Positions 9,041-17,401 of a stretch of DNA of 64,000 bases are shown piece by piece. Both the position numbers and the translations under genes were made by a program. How positions within the stretch are numbered: the stretch's first letter is position 1; each line of letters opens with the position of its first letter. The notes under the pieces were generated by a model. The model was not told where the DNA came from, searched no databases, and worked only from the letters and a program-made list of their open reading frames with translations. The DNA is from an uncultured Candidatus Saccharibacteria bacterium (GTDB lineage Bacteria; Patescibacteriota; Minisyncoccia; Phycocordibacterales; UBA12088), in NCBI GenBank assembly GCA_964531785.1, contig CAZHFF010000004.1, positions 1,169 through 65,168 of the forward strand, given 5' to 3'.

Positions 9041-10942
9041 TCAGTGCGTGCGAGGCGCACCTCGCGGGAAGAGCACCGGTGTGCCGTTGGAGGTGTTTCC
9101 GTGTACTGACAGGGGAAGCTGAGAAAGGTCGCGTGGCCACGGCATCGGGAGCGTTCCTGTGGGTACACGGCGACCAAACACCACATCAGCCACTCCCGCG
9201 CCCTCGCTTCCGGGCAGCCATGCAACAAGGAGCGCATCCCAAGTAGCGATCGAATCGGTGATAAAAAGCGGCCGGCCGGTAACAAGGATCACGAGAACGT
9301 GTCGCGCATGCTCCTTAAGGGACTCGATCGCGCGCAGGTCCTCTGGAGTGAGTTGGGGGAGCGGGTTATCGCCCCAGCCCTCAGCATATGGCGCCTCACC
9401 AACGATAGCGATACCGAGGTCAGCGGGTGACGTTTTGCTGTCGAATGTACCATCTTTGTGGTATTCGATCATTACGTCGGTGCCCGCAACCGCCCGAAGT
9501 CCGTCGAGTATCGACGTTGCGCCAGGCAGCCAGGTTCCCTCGATCCCCTGCCATTCCACGGTCCATGCCCCGGACTGGCGACCGGTGTCATGTGCTGCAC
9601 TGCCTGAAACGCGAATGGACCGCACGTCAGGTGTTACGGGTACGATACGTGCTTCGTTCTTGAGTAGCACCATGCTCCGTGCAACGGCCTCGCGCGCGAG
9701 CGCTCGATGCTCCTCGTTCCCTAGCACATCCACCGACTCGGTAGCGGTTCGACCATCGAACAGGCCTAGTGCGAACTTGGCGCGGAGGATACGGCGTACG
9801 GCGTCATCGACCCGTTCGACCGATATATCGTTCCGCCGGACGGCGCGCTTCATATCGCGCACGAATTGTTGGTAGTCGAATGGCAGCATGACCATGTCAA
9901 TACCTGCATTGACGGCCGTCACGGTCGCGCGGTACGTACCGCCGGGTATCTCATAGACCCCGTACCAATCAGACACCACAAAGCCCCGGAAACCAAGCTC
10001 CTCTTTCAACACATCGGTAAGCAAATAGCGCTCTGCAGCAACATCAAGATCTCCCCACCAATTCAGGCCGGCCATGATCGACAGCGCCCCTGCGTCGATC
10101 GCGCTCTCAAAAGGTGGTAGGAACTCGGCCCTGAGCCGCGCCTCATCGGCAGCGGTCCGGCCCTGGTCGATCTTAAAGTTCTTGTTCCGAGAGCTCCCCC
10201 ACTCCATTGCACCAAGCCCCACATAGTGTTTTGCGGTCGACAGTGCCCGCACGTGGCGGGTGCTCGTTCCCTGCTCTGCTTGCATGCCGCGTACGTACGC
10301 AGCGCCAAGCATTGCGGTGCGGACCGGGTCGTCACTGTACGTTTCGTAAACTCGGCCCCACCGTATGTCCGTCGGTAGGTCGAGCGATGGTGCGAAGTTC
10401 CAGTATATTCCCGTAGCCTCAAGCTCGCGTGCCGTCGCCTCCGCGATCTGTTCTACTAATCGGGGATCGTTCGCGGCTCCAAGTCCGATCTGGTGGGGGA
10501 AAACGGTCGCTCCGGGTATGTTCGTGTGGCCGTGTGCTGCGTCGACTCCGTACAGGAGCGGGATACCAAGCCTCGTACGGCGTGCGTAGCTCGTGAACTC
10601 CTCGACCATCGTCCGCCACGACTCCGGAGTATTGGGGTCTGGTTTTGCTCCAGCACCGCTGAGGAGAGCCCCAAGCCGGTACTTTCGAACATCGTCAGGC
10701 CGCTTAATACTGTTCTTGTCGACCAGTGCCATCTGTCCGATCTTCTCCTCGAGCGTCATATACATGAGCAGATCATCGATACGCGCCTCGATAACAAGCT
10801 CGGGGTCCAGGTAGCGTGCGTCTATTGGCGGCATATTGGGCTGCTCAAGGTATCGCACGAACAGCAACCCTCCCAGTATTACGGTGCCTGTGGCAAGGAG
10901 GAATAAGGTGGGCATACGACGAATGTGCTCGCTCGTGGTCAT
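9041..10942 (-). CDS. Glycoside hydrolase family 3 (beta-glucosidase/beta-hexosaminidase-like), membrane anchored
   Basis: N-terminal TM, LEEKIGQM, GIPLLYGVDAAHG, KHYVGLG, nucleophile context GFVVSDW, C-terminal alpha/beta sandwich region. Confidence 0.85.
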   Translation of the reverse strand: MTTSEHIRRMPTLFLLATGTVILGGLLFVRYLEQPNMPPIDARYLDPELVIEARIDDLLMYMTLEEKIGQMALVDKNSIKRPDDVRKYRLGALLSGAGAKPDPNTPESWRTMVEEFTSYARRTRLGIPLLYGVDAAHGHTNIPGATVFPHQIGLGAANDPRLVEQIAEATARELEATGIYWNFAPSLDLPTDIRWGRVYETYSDDPVRTAMLGAAYVRGMQAEQGTSTRHVRALSTAKHYVGLGAMEWGSSRNKNFKIDQGRTAADEARLRAEFLPPFESAIDAGALSIMAGLNWWGDLDVAAERYLLTDVLKEELGFRGFVVSDWYGVYEIPGGTYRATVTAVNAGIDMVMLPFDYQQFVRDMKRAVRRNDISVERVDDAVRRILRAKFALGLFDGRTATESVDVLGNEEHRALAREAVARSMVLLKNEARIVPVTPDVRSIRVSGSAAHDTGRQSGAWTVEWQGIEGTWLPGATSILDGLRAVAGTDVMIEYHKDGTFDSKTSPADLGIAIVGEAPYAEGWGDNPLPQLTPEDLRAIESLKEHARHVLVILVTGRPLFITDSIATWDALLVAWLPGSEGAGVADVVFGRRVPTGTLPMPWPRDLSQLPLSVHGNTSNGTPVLFPRGAPRTH

Positions 10943-10981
10943 GACAGCAGTATAGCGTTGCTTCGCGCGTATATGAAGTTC

Positions 10982-11641
10982 CTAGCCCACAAAACGGTAA
11001 CCGAGACCACGCACGGTCTCTATCTTTGCCGCAGTATGTGCTTCTTCGAGCTTGCGGCGCACGTTCTTGATGTGGACATCGACGACGTTGCTGGTCGACT
11101 GGTACGTCTGATCCCATGCATGTTCGAGCAGCTCCTCCCTGGTCACCACCTTGTTCGCATACCGCAGCAGGTAGGCGAGCAAGGTGAACTCCTTGTCAGT
11201 GAGCGGGACCTTCGCGTCGCGCAGGGTGAGCGCGTGCGTGCGGAGGTTGAGCGCGACCGTGCCGCTCGGGGAGTCAATGTGCATGGGAGGCGGGTTCTCG
11301 TGATCGTGGAAGAGCTCGGTGACGTGGTTCTCGAACTCTGCGAACGAGAACGGGTGCACAATGGTGTCGTTCGCACACGCAACGGCTTCTTCCGCATGTT
11401 GCGTGATCGCGAGGACTGGGATCGCGCGACCACGCTGCTGCATGCGTCTGCACCACTTTAAGAGCTGCTCGTTGCGCGTTCGTTGATCGAGCACGATCAG
11501 ATCACTGGGAGTGTCGGCCCAATCGCTCTGGTCGTTGCCTGTGTTCTGTCCGAGAACGACGGTATCTCCGCGTTTCTCAAAGCCGCGACGGAGCAGCTCG
11601 CGCAGCTCACCCGTTTCTACCATGAGTAGCACCTTCATCAA
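10982..11641 (-). CDS. OmpR/PhoB-type response regulator with atypical receiver
   Basis: Winged helix LTDKEFTLLAYLL...VVDVHIKNVRRKL...VRGLGYRF. The receiver keeps DLIVLD and VLAIT. It has ET instead of the acidic DD pair (VLLMVETGE) and HPF instead of KPF. No kinase is adjacent. Confidence 0.75.
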   Translation of the reverse strand: MMKVLLMVETGELRELLRRGFEKRGDTVVLGQNTGNDQSDWADTPSDLIVLDQRTRNEQLLKWCRRMQQRGRAIPVLAITQHAEEAVACANDTIVHPFSFAEFENHVTELFHDHENPPPMHIDSPSGTVALNLRTHALTLRDAKVPLTDKEFTLLAYLLRYANKVVTREELLEHAWDQTYQSTSNVVDVHIKNVRRKLEEAHTAAKIETVRGLGYRFVG

Positions 11642-11686
11642 TCCATCGTAATGAAGAAAGATGAAGTACTGATGAATACGGTCGTG

Positions 11687-12580
11687 CTACCGTTTGACCA
11701 ACAGGTAGTCATCGAACGACACGTCCATGAAGTCTGTTCGCACGCCCACATACCCTTCCGTAAGCACGCCTCCGCCGAACGTCTTGCTGTCGGTGGCGGT
11801 AAGCAGGGCCTCGTAGGTGCCGTTCCCCCTGTCGAGCCAGAGCGTAATTCGGACAGTACCGTTCTTTTGCGGCACCACCTCGGTCTTCACACGCATCCAC
11901 CGTTCTGATGGGATCAAGTTAGGTGCAGCATATCGATGGTACGTGCCGGGGAATACGCCGCTCTTGGTGGCCAAGGTGTAGTAGACCCCCCGGTACTTCT
12001 TTTTGATGACGGCTTTGCCGTCCGTGCGGATACCCGCATAGTAGAGGTTTGCGCCGTCCTGGTAGTTGCTCATGAGGAGTACCCCGTTGTGTCCATCGCG
12101 GTTCGGGCTTTCGGTCAGATTGATCCTATCGATCCTGAAGCGGATCTCCTGAACAGGACTGTGCCAGGTCGATCGTGTGAGCAGGCGGAACAGGTTCTGC
12201 GGGTACTTCCCTGCCTCAGTATCGGCCGAACTGCTCTTCGCATATCGTGCGAGCCAGGGATCATCCGGAGCGAGCGCTCCATGCACCGTACGCCCGATGC
12301 CGTTCTCTATGACCAGTCGTGCACCCGAGTTCAGCCAGAAATAGGGGCTCGAGCTGTCACCCATTGAACCGGTCTCCTCAAGCGTGCCGGGCTGGCTCCA
12401 CGTATAACTGAAGGGCGAGCTTGCGGTTCGTGCGGGCGCCGCTTCGGCGAGGAGTGCGCCGAACGCAAGCGAAAGGAGCGCCGCCGTGATAAAAAACGAC
12501 ACGCCAGTTCCTGTGCGTGGAAGTGCGTACGCGTAGACACCGGTACGCGGCCGTTCTGCTATATTTCGTTTATGCTTCAT
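11687..12580 (-). CDS. Secreted concanavalin-A/LamG-like (DUF1080-style) domain protein
   Basis: N-terminal TM/signal. C-terminal ...WMRVKTEVVPQKNGTVRITLWLD...GYVGVRTDFMDVSFDDYLLV resembles the beta-sandwich lectin/glucanase fold. Similar module at C-terminus of 12827..14440. Confidence 0.5.
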   Translation of the reverse strand: MKHKRNIAERPRTGVYAYALPRTGTGVSFFITAALLSLAFGALLAEAAPARTASSPFSYTWSQPGTLEETGSMGDSSSPYFWLNSGARLVIENGIGRTVHGALAPDDPWLARYAKSSSADTEAGKYPQNLFRLLTRSTWHSPVQEIRFRIDRINLTESPNRDGHNGVLLMSNYQDGANLYYAGIRTDGKAVIKKKYRGVYYTLATKSGVFPGTYHRYAAPNLIPSERWMRVKTEVVPQKNGTVRITLWLDRGNGTYEALLTATDSKTFGGGVLTEGYVGVRTDFMDVSFDDYLLVKR

Positions 12581-12826
12581 GTAGGTAGAGTTTTTACCAG
12601 TAATGCACGTTCATGGTATTTTCATGTAACGTACAAAAGCCACTCTACCACGGGACATCGTGCCGATAGGCAAGGCGCGGGGAGACCGTTTCATGAAAAA
12701 TGGCGCGCGGCGATGATGCGGTACTTGTTCTATAATAAGACACACGTGAGCACGCACGAGCTTCATACGAAGAGCAAAGGTGCTTGACAGAGCGTGTCGT
12801 GATCGGGACGCTTGCAGCAAGCACGC

Positions 12827-14440
12827 TCACTTGTCTCCTGCTGTTACAGGGTCGAGCGGCTCCACGACAAGGTCGAGGACCGTAAGCTCTGCCGTACCTG
12901 GCACAGGGTTCCAGGTCTTCACGCCGACACCGCCCGTCTGTAGCGTTGCGTCAAGGAATTCGCTTGATACGATCGCTTCCCCATCGATACCGCAGGTAAT
13001 GGTTCTGCCTTGGACGACGACAGAAACATCGAACGTATCTCGCGCAGCAAGGTTCACCTCGCGGTAACCTTTGATGACGCGCCTTTCTCCGTCTTGAACC
13101 TGCTCGAGGTGGACGAAATCGCGACCGACGTTACAGAATGCGTGGTTGCTAGGGTCGCGGAAACGTACAATGACCGTGGCGCCGTTCTGGTTGGGGGAAC
13201 GGACCCGTGTCGTTACCCGGTAGTCTCGCCAGTGTCCTGTCCCGTCTAAAATGACGGTAGCACCAGTGCCGACCGCTTCCTTAGTGCGCAGGGTGAGGCC
13301 ACTCCCCGGGTAGTGTACGGTTCCCCAATCGGCGAGCCACCCTTCATGCTCGTCAAGGCTTGCGTGGTACGGGAGCGACTTCGGGACACCCTGTTCGAGC
13401 AGTGCAACGAGCTCCCGTCCACTCCACGATGCTTCAGGTGTGAGTCGCTTGTAGAGCCGCGCAGGTTCGCTGCTACGGTAGTTCTGACTAAATCCCTCCC
13501 CTTCCCACCACTGGTAGAATGCGAGCTCGTAGTGTCGGGCAACGATGTTTTCGAGCACGCGACTGGCATTCCGGTGGTTGGCGCTCAGTTGGCCGAATTC
13601 ACCGAACGGGAACGCGAACGAACGGATCGCTACGGCGAACCGGCGTTCCAGGTCGTGCCTTGAGGTGCGGAGATCATGATCGACGCGTGTTGCATACTCG
13701 AGATCCGTTTCAAGGCGTCCCTGTTCAGGAAGCCAGGCACGGTTCGCGAGAGCCGCACCGAGCGTCCCCTGATCGTCGATAGGCAGGAACTCATGCACGT
13801 TCTGTCCATGCGACCCGATCTCCCATCGCCCGCTCCCGAGCATTTTTTCGATCTCGTTACCCGAAAGATAGTAGTGCGTTCCTGGTCCGTTCGAGTATTT
13901 TGGAAGCAGGAAGCTCACTGCGTTGAAGCCGGTCGCACGGAGCACGGGATCGACCGGGTGGTAGCTCTGTTTTGCGCCATCATCGAACGTAAGGAGGAAC
14001 GAACGCTCAGGCAGGGACAGTTCGCTCTGCATGTATGCTTCGAACTCAGCGAGGGTGATACTCCTCCAGCCAGCTTTTGCGAGCGCGTGCATTTGCTCCG
14101 AAAAAGAAGCTCTGGTGAAGTTCTGCTCTTCGCCCACGTGGCCGATGCTGTGGTACATGAGCACCGGCACCGCACGTGCCGGCTCAGTACTTGTGCTGGT
14201 GCGTGTGAGCTCTACGCCGGCGAGCGCGGCGACGAGCCCGTCAGTACGAGCGATTCGATCCAGACGATAGGTACTATCATAGACCATGTTCGAACCGACC
14301 CACTCGATGATCTGTCCGAACGAGCTCATGCCATAGTATGACTGCTTAATATTGAACGTGAGATGTACGCTAGCGACCAGGAAGAGCAAGCTGGCGCCAA
14401 GAAGAGCGGTCTTATGTGGCGGTAGCTCAAGGTAGGTCAT
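12827..14440 (-). CDS. Polysaccharide deacetylase (NodB homology) with C-terminal LamG/ConA-like domain
   Basis: N-terminal TM, catalytic motif LLTFDDGAKQSY, GSHGQNVHE, FAFPFGE; C-terminal VILDGTGHWRDYRVTTRV...GGVGVKTW. Confidence 0.8.
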   Translation of the reverse strand: MTYLELPPHKTALLGASLLFLVASVHLTFNIKQSYYGMSSFGQIIEWVGSNMVYDSTYRLDRIARTDGLVAALAGVELTRTSTSTEPARAVPVLMYHSIGHVGEEQNFTRASFSEQMHALAKAGWRSITLAEFEAYMQSELSLPERSFLLTFDDGAKQSYHPVDPVLRATGFNAVSFLLPKYSNGPGTHYYLSGNEIEKMLGSGRWEIGSHGQNVHEFLPIDDQGTLGAALANRAWLPEQGRLETDLEYATRVDHDLRTSRHDLERRFAVAIRSFAFPFGEFGQLSANHRNASRVLENIVARHYELAFYQWWEGEGFSQNYRSSEPARLYKRLTPEASWSGRELVALLEQGVPKSLPYHASLDEHEGWLADWGTVHYPGSGLTLRTKEAVGTGATVILDGTGHWRDYRVTTRVRSPNQNGATVIVRFRDPSNHAFCNVGRDFVHLEQVQDGERRVIKGYREVNLAARDTFDVSVVVQGRTITCGIDGEAIVSSEFLDATLQTGGVGVKTWNPVPGTAELTVLDLVVEPLDPVTAGDK

Positions 14441-14446
14441 AGGCTC

Positions 14447-15823
14447 CTAGCGCGTTCCCCATCGGGAATCGCGTATGGTGAGTGCCGCATAGGGCAGTTG
14501 CCAAATAAGTACTATCGTCGTTAGCCAGAAGCTGGTTACGGCAAGCGCCCACTCGCGTACACCAACCTGGATGCGGTAGTAGAGTCCGTGCAGGAGCAGC
14601 ATCAACAAGAGGCCGATGAGGTATATGATGGGCCAGGTCTCGTGGACGATCGGGTACCAGAGCATCGCACGTACGAACACGATGGGAGACGCGAATGCGA
14701 GGAAGACATACGCATAGAACGAGAATGCTGCGATCGGGTGCTGGCGCCACATGAAGGTTGATGCTATCAGCGTTTCGCGTATCCATGACTTTTTCCAGCG
14801 AAGCTGCTGCTTTGCGTATTTCTTAAAGTTGTCAGGTACGACCGTATGCGCCTTTGCTTCTTCGGAGTACGTGGCTTTGTACTTACGTATCATGAAGTTC
14901 GTGAGACTTCGATCGTCGCCAAAGGTGCACGGGCCTCCGAGGAATGTTTGCCCCAACCACTCATCGATATACTCATCGAGGTATGCGCGACGATACGCAC
15001 TGCAGCAGCCCGGGCAACAGGTGACCAGGCCGAATACGGATTCTGCCGCTTTGTATACCTTGAACGAAATATAGTATCGCAAGGCCTGCATGGCGGTAAG
15101 TAGGTTCGTGTCCGCATTATGAACGTCCGTATGTCCCGACACCGCGCCGACGTCGGGGTCCTTGAAGTACTTGACGAGGTGACGCACGCCATCACGCTCA
15201 ATGAACGAATCAGAGTCAATGAATATGACGATATCGTGCGAGGCCCGCTTTACCCCTTCGGCCATGCCATGTCGTTTCCCCCTGTTCTTGCGCCAGTGAA
15301 CCACCTCGACGCGACGCAGGTGTGGACGCAGCTCATGCGCTGCACGCTGCATCTCCTGCAGTGTACGGTCCTTTGAACCGTCATTAATAGCGATAACCTC
15401 GAGCTTGTAGAGTGGGTAATCGACCCGTGCAAAGCACCGCATGGTCTCGGCGATGTTGTCCTCCTCGTTCATGGCGGGTACTACGAAACTGACCGTCGGC
15501 TCGTATGAGAGGTCAGGTAGTATCGGTTTATGCAGGTAAGCCAGTACGAAGCGCGACAGGATGTACGTGGTGATGAGTAGGCTGTAGAAACCGAAGAGCG
15601 GGTCATGGAAGAGTGCGTCATACGTCAGCGCTTTGAGCATGAAGATGACATAGAGCGCGATAAAAAAGAATATCCACAGTCCGGTTTGTCTCACCTGGGT
15701 GACAAGTTGTTTCATCGCGTCACGTGTTAGTTCGAACGCTGACCGCGAGCGACCTTCAGGTCGTTCTCCTGTGGACGTGCGTGCAGCGTGTCCGTAGTAG
15801 TGTAAGGGCTGTATGTGTTCCAT
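14447..15823 (-). CDS. Processive family-2 glycosyltransferase, class I hyaluronan-synthase/chitin-synthase-like
   Basis: VVPAMNEE, INDGSKD, FIDSDS, GDDRSLTNFMI and QQLRWKKSWIRE (compare HasA GDDRCLTNYA / QQNRWNKSFFRE as remembered); 2 N-terminal + ~4 C-terminal TM helices. Confidence 0.8.
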   Translation of the reverse strand: MEHIQPLHYYGHAARTSTGERPEGRSRSAFELTRDAMKQLVTQVRQTGLWIFFFIALYVIFMLKALTYDALFHDPLFGFYSLLITTYILSRFVLAYLHKPILPDLSYEPTVSFVVPAMNEEDNIAETMRCFARVDYPLYKLEVIAINDGSKDRTLQEMQRAAHELRPHLRRVEVVHWRKNRGKRHGMAEGVKRASHDIVIFIDSDSFIERDGVRHLVKYFKDPDVGAVSGHTDVHNADTNLLTAMQALRYYISFKVYKAAESVFGLVTCCPGCCSAYRRAYLDEYIDEWLGQTFLGGPCTFGDDRSLTNFMIRKYKATYSEEAKAHTVVPDNFKKYAKQQLRWKKSWIRETLIASTFMWRQHPIAAFSFYAYVFLAFASPIVFVRAMLWYPIVHETWPIIYLIGLLLMLLLHGLYYRIQVGVREWALAVTSFWLTTIVLIWQLPYAALTIRDSRWGTR

Positions 15824-15834
15824 ATATCGATGTA

Positions 15835-17265
15835 TTACCTGCCGATCCCTCGGTATCGTACGTCAGCTTTAAGAAACGCATCTTTAGGCAGACAGTTGCG
15901 CCCGTCCACAACGATTCGAGTGCCGCCCTTTCTGATACGCGCTGGCTCTAACCGGCTTACGAATTCGCTGTGATCCGTCGCGAGCACGATAGCGTGGGCT
16001 CCCGCAAGTGCTGACTCGAGCGAGTCTGCCGATGACAGCTCGGGGACGTACGGGTCGTACGTACGTACAGTCGCACCCTCCTCGTTCAAGAGGTCTCGTA
16101 TGAGGAGTGCTGGGCTCTCTCGCGTATCAGCAATATCTCGCTTGTAGGCGAGCCCAAGCAGGGCCACCTCGGCTGCGAGCAGACTGTTTCCGTCGCGTGC
16201 GAACTCCTCTTCGAGGATACGCACGGTATGATCCGGCATACTATTGTTCACGGTACGCGCGGCACGGAGCAATCGATGGTCGAACCCGTTCCTTCGCGCA
16301 TGTTCGATCAGGTAGTACGGATCGACCGGTATGCAGTGGCCCCCAACCCCACACCCCGGATAGTGTGCCATGAAGCCGAACGGTTTGGTCGCCGCACCAT
16401 CGATCACGCGCACCACATCGATACCGAGTCTGTCGAACGAGCGCGCGAGCTCATTAACGAACGCGATGTTGATATCCCGAAAGGAGTTCTCGACCATTTT
16501 TACCGCCTCTGCCTCTTCAAGGCTGCCCATGGGGGTGATCGGGGCATCAATGACGCTTGCATAGAACGCGCTCGCTCGCTCAAGACTGCGTTTGCCGATG
16601 GCGCCAAGCACCCTGGGTATGGTTCGCACGTTCCATTTTGGATCTCCGGGGTTGATACGCTCCGGGCAGTGTGCCACAAATAAGGTTTCCTCACGGCGCA
16701 GACCGTGGCGTTCGAGTATCGGAAGGACGACCTCTGCGGTCACGCCCGGATTCACGGTCGACTCAACGATCACCAGCGCATTCTTGCGCAGGAAGGGAGC
16801 GATCGCGGTCGTGGCCCGGATGAGCGGCCGCAGGTCAGGTGTCCTGTCCTCGTTGACCGGTGTCGGCACACAGAGAAGGACCGTCTGTGCCTTGGCGACC
16901 GCAGCTGGCCCCGCGTATGCACGAATACCCTGACGTTGTATCTCGGCTGCCTCTTCCTGCGATACGTACCCAGGTGCCTCGTTTCGGTTCAGCATATCCA
17001 CGATCGTGTGGTTCGTATCTATCCCCACCACCTCATACCCTTTGCGGCGTGCGAGCACGGCAAGGGGCAACCCAACATAGCCCAGACCTACCACAGCGAC
17101 CGTTGCGGTCGAGGCAGGATGCCAAACCGGTTGAGTTACACGCTCTCTGCGACCGAACTCGGCTGTCGCACAGCGCATGCGCGCCTGTGTCCTACTATGC
17201 TCCGCTTTTGCGTACTGTCCCTGCTTATACTGAGTCCTGTGGTTCGTGTAGCTGTGCTTGTCCAT
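15835..17265 (-). CDS. Nucleotide-sugar dehydrogenase (UDP-GlcNAc/ManNAc 6-dehydrogenase-like)
   Basis: VAVVGLGYVGLPLAVLARRKGYEVVGIDTN Rossmann start, catalytic GGHCIPVDP, C-terminal UDP-binding domain. Track ORF start 17469 rejected because an intrinsic terminator lies inside that extension. Start at Met69 (17265) or Met98 (17178). Confidence 0.8.
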   Translation of the reverse strand: MDKHSYTNHRTQYKQGQYAKAEHSRTQARMRCATAEFGRRERVTQPVWHPASTATVAVVGLGYVGLPLAVLARRKGYEVVGIDTNHTIVDMLNRNEAPGYVSQEEAAEIQRQGIRAYAGPAAVAKAQTVLLCVPTPVNEDRTPDLRPLIRATTAIAPFLRKNALVIVESTVNPGVTAEVVLPILERHGLRREETLFVAHCPERINPGDPKWNVRTIPRVLGAIGKRSLERASAFYASVIDAPITPMGSLEEAEAVKMVENSFRDINIAFVNELARSFDRLGIDVVRVIDGAATKPFGFMAHYPGCGVGGHCIPVDPYYLIEHARRNGFDHRLLRAARTVNNSMPDHTVRILEEEFARDGNSLLAAEVALLGLAYKRDIADTRESPALLIRDLLNEEGATVRTYDPYVPELSSADSLESALAGAHAIVLATDHSEFVSRLEPARIRKGGTRIVVDGRNCLPKDAFLKADVRYRGIGR

Positions 17266-17359
17266 GGTGTTTGGTATAAGGCCGGTAAGTGTCTTTACGA
17301 TACGCTTGAGCGGTGAAGGCAAGGTGAAGCAGAGTGTCTCCGAGGGATGACCAGCATAC

Positions 17360-17392
17360 CCAAAAACACCCCGCGTACGCGGGGTGTTTTCC
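17360..17392 (-). terminator. Palindromic intrinsic terminator after 17402..19528
   Basis: Minus sense GGAAAACACCCCGCGTACGCGGGGTGTTTTTGGG, 8-bp GC stem plus U5. It also reads as hairpin+T4 on the plus strand. Confidence 0.8.
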
Positions 17393-17401
17393 AGAGCGTG
17401 C

